Origin: Terriglobia bacterium
GTDB taxonomy: Bacteria; Acidobacteriota; Terriglobia; 20CM-2-55-15
Assembly: GCA_965218585.1 (NCBI GenBank)
Contig: CBDCLE010000008.1
Span: 1-64,000 of the forward strand
Length of the DNA stretch: 64,000 bases
Direction: 5' to 3'
Shown: piece after piece, positions 44,197 to 53,586 of the stretch
Numbering within the stretch: position 1 is the first letter of the stretch
Layout: every line of letters begins with the position of its first letter
The notes under the pieces: model-generated
Seen by the model: the letters and a program-made list of their open reading frames with translations, nothing else
Told to the model about the DNA's origin: nothing
Databases searched by the model: none
Made by a program: the position numbers and the translations under genes

Positions 44197-44305
44197 GCGT
44201 GGGGGGACCGGACCGGCGTATGAGTTCCCGTAGACCAGGCAATGAAGAGGTGTATGTGCACTCTATACACAAGAACTTGAGGGGGACGGTGGGCCCGACG
44301 CTAAT
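44171..44305. repeat. 19-bp direct repeat CGGTGGGCCCGACGCTAAT bracketing 97 bp
   Basis: Copies at 44171-44189 and 44287-44305; near-identical inverted copy at 5626-5646. Confidence 0.8.
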
Positions 44306-44311
44306 AGAAGT

Positions 44312-46834
44312 ATGAAATTCGCTCTTCGGATGGCATGGCGTGAAGCCCGGGCGTCGAAAGGACGTTTCGTTTTCGTTGTGTTCGCCATAGCCGCTGGCGT
44401 AGCTGCTCTCACGGGCGTTAAGGGTTTCAACGAATCTGTGCGTTACACCCTTCTGGCTGAAGCGCGGACGCTTATGGGAGCCGATCTGGTCGTCCGCCTC
44501 TCGGTCAATCCGACTGACGAGGAACTGGCTTTCCTGGATGGACTCAGAGAGCGTGGCATCGACTACACTCCTGTCACCGAGACCGTTTCGATGTCGTCTT
44601 CACCTTCCCAGCCCGATCCGCTCCTGAGTTCGATCAAAGCGGCTGATCTTTCGGTTTATCCCTACTACGGCACGATTGTGTTCGATCCGCCGGAGCCGGA
44701 CATAGACGACGATGCAGTCGTCGTTTCCGACGACCTCTTGATGCGCCTGGAACTGGAGGTGGGCGACACAGTCCAGGTCAGTGCCGGCGAGTTTCGTATC
44801 GCGGCAGTTTCCTTGAGCGAACCTGATCGAATGACGACCGGATTCACGCTCGGCCCCCGGGTTCTGATGACGCACACGGGCTTTGATCGCGCCGGCCTGA
44901 ATGTTCGCGGAAGCCGAGCGACCAGGCGGCTGTTGCTCCGGTTGCCCGAGGGCACGGATCTAGATGCCACGCGCGCAGAGATCGGGGCGGTCTTTGGTCG
45001 CAGGGCCCGAGTGTCCGACTACACCGAAGAGAACCGGACCCTTTCGCGCGGTCTCCGTCGGGCGACGACGTTTCTCAGCCTGGTCAGCTTGATCGCGCTC
45101 ATCGTTGGCGGCATCGGAGTAGCGACATCGATCGAGGGACATCTCCGACAGAAGATGGATTCGATTGCAATGATCAAATGCCTGGGCGCGAAGTCGCGCC
45201 AGGTGATGCGCATCTACCTGGTTCAAGCTGGATTGCTGGGTCTGGTCGGAAGCGTAATCGGCGTCATTCTGGGTTTTGCAGCCCAGTGGGTCTTTCCGCA
45301 GTTTCTGGCCGACTATTTTGACGTTGAAGTCCAGTTGGTCCTGTCGATTTCCCCCATCATTCAGGGTGTGTTGGCCGGGATGTTGACCGCTTTATTGTTT
45401 ACTGTTCCTCCGCTGCTCTCTATTGCCGATATCCGCCCGGCCCAGATCTTCAGGCGGGACATGAATGAAAGCCTGGTCAGTCCCCGCGACTGGCGGCCCT
45501 ACTACGCGTTCGGGGCAATAGCCCTGGGACTTTGGGCGATGGCCGTCTGGGTCGGATCGTCCTTCGAGGCGGGATCGATCTTCGCCGGGGGTCTGGTCGG
45601 CAGCGTCATCCTCCTCGCCGCGGTTGGGAAAGGATTGATGGTTCTGGTTCGGAGGGTTCTGGATCGCTATTCGCTCAGCTGGCACCCGAGCCTCCGCCAC
45701 GGTGTCGCGAACTTGTATCGGCCCGGGACTCACATGGTCGCCGTGCTGGTAGCACTCGGGATAGGCGTCATGTTCACGCTTTCGGTTCAGTTACTGCAGA
45801 CTTCGCTGGTCGAGCAATTGCGCGAGAGCGCGCCGCCGGACATGCCCAATGTTTTCATGATCAACATAACGGACCGTGAAAAGGACGGTCTGTGGGAGTT
45901 GTTGGAAACTCAGAACGGAATAGTCGAAGCCCGGGCGGCTGCACCCGCCGTTGCGGGTATGCTCCACACGGTGAACGGCGTACCTATCGAGGAACTGGGA
46001 CTTGTCGAAGGGGAGCGGCGTTACCTCCGTGTTCAGTTTCAGCTGACCTGGTCAGAGCAGCAACCCGAAGCGACAGAGATGCTCGAAGGCGAATGGTGGG
46101 AGCCGGGCGCCGGGCCAGGACTCGTGTCGGTTGAGGAAAACGCGGCCAGCATCCTGGATCTCTCGCGAGGAGACACCGTGGAGTGGAACATCGGCGGCAG
46201 GATCCAGTCTGCCCGCGTAGCCAATGTTCGCAGAACCGACGGTACGCGAGCGGGAGCCAACAACCAGTTCATCCTGACGCCCGGTTCCCTCAGTGATTTC
46301 CCCGGGATTTATTTCGGCGCGCTCAGAGTCGAGGCCGACCAGGTTGGCGCACTCCAACGGGCCGTCTTTGCCAGTTATCCGTCGGTCACCGTAGTCAATG
46401 CGGCCGACATCCTGGAAATCGTTCAGGAGATGGTCGCTCAGATCAGCATGACCGTACGTTTCGTAGCCGGCTTTGCGATCCTTGGAGGATTGATCATCCT
46501 CGCCTCAAGCATTGCCGGGACCCGTTATCGTCGCATCCGTGAAGTCGCCATCCTGAAGACGGTCGGGGCCACGCGCCGCCGCATCATCGGTATCTTTTCG
46601 GTCGAGTTTCTGATCGTAGGTCTGGTGGCGGGAATCATAGGAAGTCTGCTGGCCGCCGTCTTTACGGCGATTGTGGTTGAGCAACTGATGGATGGACCCT
46701 ATTCCCTGAACCTGGCGCCGTTGGTTGTGGCTACAGTCCTGGCTGCGCTGCTGGCTGTGATTACCGGTTGGGCGGCCAGCTTTCGTATCCTGGGTCAGAA
46801 GCCGCTGGAAGTTCTGCGCAGGGCGGACGCTTAG
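44312..46834 (+). CDS. YbbP-like ABC permease (two FtsX halves)
   Basis: MAWREAR, YPYYG, GPRVLM, KCLGA, PNVFMINI, EVAILKTVGA. Confidence 0.9.
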   Translation: MKFALRMAWREARASKGRFVFVVFAIAAGVAALTGVKGFNESVRYTLLAEARTLMGADLVVRLSVNPTDEELAFLDGLRERGIDYTPVTETVSMSSSPSQPDPLLSSIKAADLSVYPYYGTIVFDPPEPDIDDDAVVVSDDLLMRLELEVGDTVQVSAGEFRIAAVSLSEPDRMTTGFTLGPRVLMTHTGFDRAGLNVRGSRATRRLLLRLPEGTDLDATRAEIGAVFGRRARVSDYTEENRTLSRGLRRATTFLSLVSLIALIVGGIGVATSIEGHLRQKMDSIAMIKCLGAKSRQVMRIYLVQAGLLGLVGSVIGVILGFAAQWVFPQFLADYFDVEVQLVLSISPIIQGVLAGMLTALLFTVPPLLSIADIRPAQIFRRDMNESLVSPRDWRPYYAFGAIALGLWAMAVWVGSSFEAGSIFAGGLVGSVILLAAVGKGLMVLVRRVLDRYSLSWHPSLRHGVANLYRPGTHMVAVLVALGIGVMFTLSVQLLQTSLVEQLRESAPPDMPNVFMINITDREKDGLWELLETQNGIVEARAAAPAVAGMLHTVNGVPIEELGLVEGERRYLRVQFQLTWSEQQPEATEMLEGEWWEPGAGPGLVSVEENAASILDLSRGDTVEWNIGGRIQSARVANVRRTDGTRAGANNQFILTPGSLSDFPGIYFGALRVEADQVGALQRAVFASYPSVTVVNAADILEIVQEMVAQISMTVRFVAGFAILGGLIILASSIAGTRYRRIREVAILKTVGATRRRIIGIFSVEFLIVGLVAGIIGSLLAAVFTAIVVEQLMDGPYSLNLAPLVVATVLAALLAVITGWAASFRILGQKPLEVLRRADA

Positions 46835-46849
46835 AAGTTCGTGACAGAA

Positions 46850-47019
46850 GATTTCGCTCGGTCGTTCAAACGGCCATCCTGGCCGAAAGACCGGCGGCCT
46901 CGCCATCATCCTGATGGCAAGGCCTTTCGGGAACCAAAGAAAACGTTGAGGCTCGAGTGAAAGGACCCGCACCGGTCTGACGGTTCGGGTGGCCAACGAG
47001 GCGTGGCCGAGGCGGCAGT
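46850..47019 (+). repeat. About 170-nt multi-hairpin intergenic element, copy 1 (MITE-like or structured ncRNA)
   Basis: Colinear similarity to 57238-57413; hairpins with ATCCT loops. Confidence 0.75.
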
Positions 47020-47083
47020 CGATGTGATGCCAAGATGCTACTGGCAACAACGCCCCGTCCGGGTTCCCCTGACCACAACTGAT

Positions 47084-48231
47084 TCAACCCAGACGTCTTC
47101 GAATCCTCGGAACCACCTCCCTCAACACCTCCGGATCCTTAAGAAACGAAAAGACAATATGATCGCCCGGGATGTCGTAAAAGTATCCAGGATGGACGAG
47201 CAGCGTTTCTTCTTCGAGTAACGCGACTGCGAGGGTTTCTTCTTCCGACGAGCAGGGGACGACCATGTAGAAGCCGCCATCAGGCGGCGTTCCCACTGAT
47301 GGGCCGAGTACCTCAATCGCGATGTCCCGGCATTGTCGTACCCGCTCCGTATAGTCCTTGAGGAAGGTCGTTCCCTTCGCGAAAATCTCCGGAACCGAGA
47401 ACTGAACCATCTCGTTCACCGGCAGGAACGTATCGGAGATCAACTCCAGCGTCGTCATCGCCTTCCGCACCAGCGGATCTTTGCCGGAAACTGCCATCCA
47501 CCCCAGCTTGAGCCCGGGAAGGGCATACATCTTCGAGAAGCCGTTCAGTGTGAAGACCAGCGGTGCGTCCGTTTCCAATGGACGTGCTGCGGGTGTGTCG
47601 TCGAACGTGAAGTACCAGAAGACTTCATCGGAGATGATCGGGAATTGTTTCTGGATCGCGATGGCTGCGATGGTCTCGACCTCGTCCCGGCTCGCAACCA
47701 TGCCGGTCGGATTGTGTGGCGAGATCAGAACAATGGCTCGTGTTCGTTCGTCGATCTGATCTTCGAGATGCTCCAGATCGATTTGCCATCCCCGGTCTTC
47801 GACGAGCCGGTACTTTGAGATCTCGACTCCCGCAAGTCGCGCGATGTAATCGAACAAGGGATAGGAGGGAATCGGACACAGAACGTTATCCCCGGGTTCG
47901 CAGAGGAGCTTGAATGCGTACCAGTAGGAGATGCTGGTTCCCGGTGTCAGCAACGTGTGTTCGGGAGTGAGGGCCTGATTCCTGTAGTGTTCGACGATGG
48001 CATCACGAGCGATAAGCTGCCCCAACGGATCGGGTCGATACGCTTCGGCAAGGCCGGAGGCCTCCGAGAGGATTGCTTCGAGTGTTTCCTGGGGAAATCG
48101 GATCCCGATGTCGTTCGCCCTGCCGCGGACGAGATCGACAATCTCCATCTGCCGACTCTTCAGCTCTTCGAGTCGTGTATAGAGCCGGTTCGTCGAGTCG
48201 GGAAATGGTTCGTGAGCCGAGAGAACCGCAT
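47084..48231 (-). CDS. PLP-dependent class I/II aminotransferase, frameshift near the N-terminus
   Basis: PSYPLF, SPHNPTG, ISDEVF, NGFSKMYALPGLKLGW; upstream MRFSRL start at 48231 is out of frame by 1. Confidence 0.88.
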
Positions 48232-48315
48232 TGATAAATCTAACGACAGGTGGGTTGAGACCGATTGTGCGGCGCGCGGGCGCCGCACAACTCTAAGTTA
48301 TTGACCTTTAGACGA

Positions 48316-49164
48316 CTACTCTGAGAGTTCGGCGTAGATGCCGGGCACGCTCTGGGCTGCGAAGCCACCCTGAAAGGTCAGGGCCGGGTATGCTTCCGTA
48401 AGGCGTTCGGGAAAATCATCCGCGGAGACACCCTGGGAGATGAGTTCCCTTGCAGCGTCCTGAAGACCCTGGAACGCATCCCGGAAAGCCGCCAGGTCCG
48501 CCTTCGTCGATATGTTCCCATGGCCGGGAATAACGGTGTCGAAGTCCAGTTCCAGGACACTGTCGTACGTGCTGATCAGCTCGATCGCACTTCCCCCGTT
48601 GCCGTAGTCGATGTACGGGGCCGCTCCGCCGAAGTACAGATCACCCATGTGGACCACACCGAGATCCGGGAAATAAACGATCGAGTCCCCGTTGGTATGT
48701 CCGCGTCCCATGTAGCGTGCCTCGATTTCAGCATCGCCCAGGTACAGGGCGGTCTGGTCGCTATAGACGATGTCCGGTGCTCCCGGCTGGTCGTTCCGAA
48801 GAATGTTGACCCGCACGTTCTCGTGCGCCAGTATGGGAGCCAGTGCCGCGAACTGTTCGTTCCCGCCGGTATGGTCGCCATGATGGTGCGTATTGAAGAC
48901 GTAACGGATCGGCTGGTCGGTCACGCTCTCGATGGCTGAGATGATGTCGTTGTAGTTGTCTTCGAACTTGTCGTCGATGACGATGACCCCCTCGGACGTG
49001 ACCCGAATGCCGACATTGCCGCCAGGCCCGGTCACGACGTACAGTCCGTCGGCCAGTTCACTGATCTCGATCGGCGGCTGTTCCTGCTGAGTTGCAGCGG
49101 TCGCCGCCGCGAGTCCGATCCCGACAATGGCGGCCAACGATATGACTAGAATCTTATTGCGCAT
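48316..49164 (-). CDS. Secreted MBL-fold metallo-hydrolase (cyclase-like)
   Basis: Signal peptide; NTHHHGDHTGGN, GHTNGD, HMGD, IPGHG. Confidence 0.9.
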   Translation of the reverse strand: MRNKILVISLAAIVGIGLAAATAATQQEQPPIEISELADGLYVVTGPGGNVGIRVTSEGVIVIDDKFEDNYNDIISAIESVTDQPIRYVFNTHHHGDHTGGNEQFAALAPILAHENVRVNILRNDQPGAPDIVYSDQTALYLGDAEIEARYMGRGHTNGDSIVYFPDLGVVHMGDLYFGGAAPYIDYGNGGSAIELISTYDSVLELDFDTVIPGHGNISTKADLAAFRDAFQGLQDAARELISQGVSADDFPERLTEAYPALTFQGGFAAQSVPGIYAELSE

Positions 49165-49291
49165 CCAATTGCCTCCTACTGCATTCACAGATCTTTTTGA
49201 GACGCGTATTGTAACCCTTTCACGATTCCAAAAAAACGGGGTTGACCCTATGAGTCCTTATTAGGGTAATAATATACTTGACTAACCAAGA

Positions 49292-50302
49292 ATGGTGTGG
49301 AATACTGCCTCTATCATGAAGAAAGAGACACTTCCTACCACGCTCCGAGAAGCCTTTATTCAGTTCTCCAACGAGGACCTATGCGTCCAGTTCGTCGCTG
49401 TCATGCGCTGGCCCGATGGTGATCCAGTTTGCCCCCACTGCAACCAGACAGGCACAGGATACCTGAAGACTCAGCGTCGTTGGAAGTGCAAGAACCGCGA
49501 TTGCCGAAAGCAATTCTCTGTGAAAGTCGGAACGATCTTCGAAGACTCCCCGATTCCGCTGTCTAAGTGGCTCACCGTTGTATGGATGGTGACGAACTGC
49601 AAGAACGGCATCAGTTCCTATGAAGTCGCTCGGGACATCGGTGTCACTCAGAAAAGCGCATGGTTCATGGAGCATCGCGTTCGGACCGCAATGGAGTCCG
49701 GCAGCTTTCAGAAACGACTCTTTAGCGGAAAAGTCGAGGCAGACGAAACCTTCATCGGCGGGCTGGCCCGCAATATGCACAAGAGTCGAAGGTTAAAGAC
49801 CGTGAAGGGGCCTGGTGGAATCGCGTCTGGCAAGACAGCCGTCATGGGATTGTTGGAGCGCCACGGGAAGAAGGGTAAGAGCCAGATTCGTGCAGCCGTC
49901 GTGAAGAACACGCGCAGAAAGACGCTCCAGGGCGAGATCAGGGTAAACGTTGAAAAAGGAAGTGAAGTCTTCACGGACGGTCTTCTATCGTATGAAGGGC
50001 TGGGACCCGACTTCTTTCATGACTTCGTGGACCACGCTGAAACCTACGTCAAGGGGCAAGTCCACACGAACGGCGTTGAGAATTTCTGGACACTCCTGAA
50101 GAGGACGATCAAAGGCACCTATGTGAGCGTGGAACCGTTCCACCTGTTTCGGTACTTGAACGAGCAGACCTTCCGTTTCAATGAGAGAGACAAAGACGAT
50201 CTCGGTCGGTTTCTTACCGTCATGAGCGGGATCGCCGGGAAGCGTCTCACCTATGCCAATCTGATAGGAAAAGACGGCTTGCCTGAACCCGCGCAACCAT
50301 AA
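49292..50302 (+). CDS. IS1595 family transposase
   Basis: RWPDG..CPHC..C....C Zn ribbon, GTIFE, VEADETF, TDG, HTNGVENFW..LKR, YLNE..FRFN. Confidence 0.95.
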   Translation: MVWNTASIMKKETLPTTLREAFIQFSNEDLCVQFVAVMRWPDGDPVCPHCNQTGTGYLKTQRRWKCKNRDCRKQFSVKVGTIFEDSPIPLSKWLTVVWMVTNCKNGISSYEVARDIGVTQKSAWFMEHRVRTAMESGSFQKRLFSGKVEADETFIGGLARNMHKSRRLKTVKGPGGIASGKTAVMGLLERHGKKGKSQIRAAVVKNTRRKTLQGEIRVNVEKGSEVFTDGLLSYEGLGPDFFHDFVDHAETYVKGQVHTNGVENFWTLLKRTIKGTYVSVEPFHLFRYLNEQTFRFNERDKDDLGRFLTVMSGIAGKRLTYANLIGKDGLPEPAQP

Positions 50303-50355
50303 AACCGCGTCAGCGGCGGGGGAAAGGCTGACGCGGTGATACAATGTTGATTGGC

Positions 50356-50514
50356 ATGACACCAGCCGAGAAGCCGAGACCATTTCCTGCAGCCTTTTCC
50401 CAGATCGAGGCCACATTGAAGCGTCTTTTGGGGGTTTCTAAGGCTGAGTTAGACCGAACGATCGAACAGAATAGAAACAGCCGAAAATCTAAGTCACGGC
50501 TAAAGAAGGTCTAG
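50356..50514 (+). CDS. Small basic protein (52 aa) inside the IS1595 element
   Basis: MTPAEKPRPFPAAFSQIEATLKRLLGVSKAELDRTIEQNRNSRKSKSRLKKV; stop 1 nt before the ATPase GTG. Confidence 0.5.
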   Translation: MTPAEKPRPFPAAFSQIEATLKRLLGVSKAELDRTIEQNRNSRKSKSRLKKV

Positions 50515-50515
50515 A

Positions 50516-51634
50516 GTGATTGCCTCAATTCAGATAGAAGGATTCAAGGGGTTCGAGCGCTTCGAGATGCGTGATCTGGGTCGCGTAAATCTTTTGATCG
50601 GCACGAACAACAGTGGCAAGACTTCGATTTTGGAGGCGCTTCATCTCCTGACGAGCCAAGCCGATCCTATTTCACTCTGGCGACTCCTTTGGCGGAGGGG
50701 CGAGAGAGCAATTGAGCGATCTCATCCCTCCGCGCGAGGTTTTCCTGAAGTAGAGGTATCACACTTATTCACCGGGCACGGCCTTCACGTCGGCTCGTCG
50801 TTTCAATTGTCTGCGGAGAATCAAAATCCCCAGAGATTTGTGAGGGTCACAATCGACGAGTTAAGTGAGAAGGAACGCGGCTCCATTCGGCTTCCAGACG
50901 GATCGACCTCCAAAGTGGGTCTTCGCTTGAAGGGCACGCCGCGTCCGGTTATTGATTTGATCCCGTTGAGCAGTTCAGGGGCGCTATCGTCAGATTCCAT
51001 CGATACGCCTCGACGGCCCAGAAAGCAGCGACCATCCGGTGATGCGTCACAGTTCCTTACGACAGAAGCAATGGACGGGGATGATCTAGTAAGGATGTGG
51101 GATTCAATCGCACTAACACCAGACGAGGATCTCGTGCTGCGGACCCTATCCTGCCTTGATCGCGGAATTGAGAGAATTGCACCCCAAGCTAGCAGCACGC
51201 CGAATTATTGGGGGTCGCCCCCAAGTCGATCGGGTTTCATCATCAAGCATAAGCAGTTTGAGAATCCTGTTCCCATCGGGAGCATGGGAGATGGCATTTG
51301 GCGCCTGCTTTCGCTTTCCATTGCGATTACTCAATCCAGGGGAGGCGTCTTGCTCGTTGATGAAATAGATACCGGTCTTCACCATACGGCTATGTCTGAC
51401 ATGTGGAGGCTTATCATCTCCGCAGCCCAGCAATTTGATGTACAAGTGTTTGCAACAACGCACAGTTCCGATTGCGTCAATAGCCTTGCTCTTAACAGTG
51501 AGGCATACCTCACTGCATTGGGCATGCCGCAAACAGTCACGTTTCAGCGGCTGGAGCGAGATCACAATCGCGCCACGCCATATAGCCCCGAGGACGTACA
51601 AATCGCAGCTAGGCACTCAGTTGAAATCCGATAG
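50516..51634 (+). CDS. ABC-type ATPase (AAA_15/AAA_21 family), candidate defence/TA sensor
   Basis: I.GFKGF, Walker A GTNNSGKT, signature-like SMGDG, Walker B LLVDEIDTGLH, H-loop TTHS; no TM partner. Confidence 0.88.
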   Translation: MIASIQIEGFKGFERFEMRDLGRVNLLIGTNNSGKTSILEALHLLTSQADPISLWRLLWRRGERAIERSHPSARGFPEVEVSHLFTGHGLHVGSSFQLSAENQNPQRFVRVTIDELSEKERGSIRLPDGSTSKVGLRLKGTPRPVIDLIPLSSSGALSSDSIDTPRRPRKQRPSGDASQFLTTEAMDGDDLVRMWDSIALTPDEDLVLRTLSCLDRGIERIAPQASSTPNYWGSPPSRSGFIIKHKQFENPVPIGSMGDGIWRLLSLSIAITQSRGGVLLVDEIDTGLHHTAMSDMWRLIISAAQQFDVQVFATTHSSDCVNSLALNSEAYLTALGMPQTVTFQRLERDHNRATPYSPEDVQIAARHSVEIR

Positions 51635-52288
51635 GTGCCAGTATCAAGCAATTCACGCTGGCTAGTTGTCGAAGGGATTGACGATCTCTATTCGGTAGTC
51701 GGCGTCATGAGAGCCCATACGCCTTGGCCTGAAGATCGAGAAGAAACACCAGTCTGGATTGATATTGGCAGGAGTGCCGACGAGATATTGTCGTACCTAC
51801 CGGTGCTTCTAAAGTCCACCACGATTCAGACACTCGGAGTAATGTTGGATGCGAACTCACGGCCGGTGCCACGCTATAACAGCCTGCGTCAGGTTTGCTT
51901 AGATTTCTTCCGAAATATCCCGCGCAGAATCCCGACAAGGGGCCTGATTATCGACGGCGATGATGGCAGACGGTTAGGTGCATGGATCATGCCTGACAAC
52001 CGTTCCAACGGCGCATTGGAAGATTTTCTGATTCCGCTAATCAGTGATTCTGGAAGGCCGTTACTGGACGCTGTGGATCAGAACCTATCGCAACTGGCGG
52101 AGTTCGCCCCTTTTCGAGAATCACATACCCAAAAGGCACGACTTTACTCATGGCTCGCACTACAAGATCCTCCGAGCCAGAATCCACGCCGTGCGTTATA
52201 CAGCAGAACGCTTGACCCAATGAGCCCGACAGCACAGGCATTTGTTGACTGGTTCCTTGAGCTATACCAACTGGACCGAAGTGGTTAG
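51635..52288 (+). CDS. DUF3226-type TOPRIM-like protein, candidate nuclease effector
   Basis: LVVEGIDD, GVMLDAN (DxD position), WIMPDN..GALEDF, KA...WLA.Q..P; stop lies inside the right TIR. Confidence 0.78.
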   Translation: MPVSSNSRWLVVEGIDDLYSVVGVMRAHTPWPEDREETPVWIDIGRSADEILSYLPVLLKSTTIQTLGVMLDANSRPVPRYNSLRQVCLDFFRNIPRRIPTRGLIIDGDDGRRLGAWIMPDNRSNGALEDFLIPLISDSGRPLLDAVDQNLSQLAEFAPFRESHTQKARLYSWLALQDPPSQNPRRALYSRTLDPMSPTAQAFVDWFLELYQLDRSG

Positions 52289-52312
52289 CCAAGTATATTA
52301 TTGCCCTTATTA

Positions 52313-53126
52313 GGGCGTGTTAACACTAATGAGCATGAATGTTTTATAATCAGGCATGGAGATCACACAGGAGCAGTATTGTCGCATCGAGCCGGAACTG
52401 CCGCGTCAGCGGGGCAACGTCAGTCTTTCGAACCTGACGGTCTTGAACGCCATTTTGTATGTGGCTGAGCAGGGCTGCAAGTGGCGCGGTCTGCCCAAGC
52501 GCTTTGGCAACTGGCACACCATCTACACCCGGATGAACCGCTGGTCCAAGAACGGGGTGCTCGACACCGTCTTCGAAAAACTCCAGCGCGAGCAACTGGT
52601 GCGCATCCGGGTGGAAGCCGTTTCGATGGACTCGACCATTGTGAAGGTGCATCCCGACGGCACGGGAGCGTTAAAAAAAACGGTCCGCAAGCGATCGGCA
52701 AATCCCGCGGTGGATGGACCACCAAGATTCATCTGGTTGCCGCGAATGCTCGAACGGCGATAACGTTTGCGCTCTCGCCCGGCCAAGCGCACGACGCCCC
52801 GCAGGGCCGCGATCTGCTCGCCGGCCTGGGGCCGTTGCCCGCGCCGCTGCCGCTGCTGATGGACCGTGCCTACCAGGACGACCAGACCCGCCAATTGGCT
52901 CTGGATTTTGGGTGGATTCCCGTCGTGCCGCCCAAGCGCAACCGCCTGGAGCCGTGGGAATACGACCGCGTGCTCTACCGCCGCAGGAACGAAGTCGAGA
53001 GGCTCTTCCGCCGACTCAAGGGTTTTCGGCGTATCTTCTCCCGTTTCGATAAACTCGACGTCATGTTCCTCGCCTTCCTTCACTTCGCACTCATCGTCGA
53101 GGCACTACGTTAGTGTTAACACGTCC
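52313..53126 (+). mobile_element. IS5-family (IS427-like) insertion sequence, 814 bp
   Basis: TIRs GGGCGTGTTAACACTA / TAGTGTTAACACGTCC (15/16), flanking TA at 52311-52312 and 53127-53128. Confidence 0.92.
52356..53113 (+). CDS. IS5 family transposase, two ORFs joined by a -1 frameshift
   Basis: OrfA GCKWRGLP..FGNWHTIY.R..RW, DST; A8C slippery site at 52673-52681; OrfB SRGGWTTKIH, DRAY, RNEVERLF..LK.FRRI..RFDK. Confidence 0.93.
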
Positions 53127-53565
53127 TAGCTTCCAATACCTTTTTTAGTAGCGCCAGGTCTTTGCGGTTCGCCCGCCGGATCATGAACGACATTAATGGT
53201 GCCATCAGTGCCGAGAAGCCAGCGGGTCTGCCACGATTTCGCAACGTCATCCGCGTTGACGATGCGTCCACGGCATCCCACCTGTAATGTGTTTCCATAG
53301 GAAACGGTCCTTCGGCCGTGCGCATTACAAGGCGCTGTTCAGGAACCAGCTCGACGATTTCGTAGGTGTATTCGAGGCTCCGACCCATGAAGTGGGCTAC
53401 AAAAGCGATTTGCGATCCGAGCTTGGCGGGTCGAGGAGTCTTCCATTCGACGGATTTGATGTTCACATACCAGTGGGGAACGTTATCTGGATCCCCAGCA
53501 TAGCGCGCCACCTGCTGGAGAGGGCAAGCGATGATAGTTTCCGAAGACACGTCGACATTCATCAT
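53116..53565 (-). CDS. SRPBCC (START-like) family protein, C-terminus altered by IS insertion
   Basis: DPDN.P.WY, EGPFPM.T.Y, NRKDL..LK.VLE; last codons supplied by the IS5 end. Confidence 0.85.
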   Translation of the reverse strand: MMNVDVSSETIIACPLQQVARYAGDPDNVPHWYVNIKSVEWKTPRPAKLGSQIAFVAHFMGRSLEYTYEIVELVPEQRLVMRTAEGPFPMETHYRWDAVDASSTRMTLRNRGRPAGFSALMAPLMSFMIRRANRKDLALLKKVLEARTC

Positions 53566-53586
53566 CTCCTCCGTTTCCTTCGTCGA

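Larger units (their letters stand above)
49265..52305 (+). mobile_element. IS1595-family transporter IS (3,041 bp) with passenger genes
   Basis: TIRs GGTAATAATATACTTGACTAACC (49265-49287) and GGTTAGCCAAGTATATTATTGCC (52283-52305), 21/23 match; 8-bp direct repeat CTTATTAG at 49257-49264 and 52306-52313. Confidence 0.92.

Noticed and set aside
44171-44305. Direct repeats as a mini CRISPR array
   Set aside because: Only two 19-bp copies, 97-bp spacer, no cas genes.
51632-51637. Amber read-through fusing ATPase and TOPRIM-like gene into an OLD-like protein
   Set aside because: In-frame TAG-GTG junction is real, but the ATPase ends in a family-typical E(I/V)R terminus and nothing indicates recoding; translational coupling is simpler.
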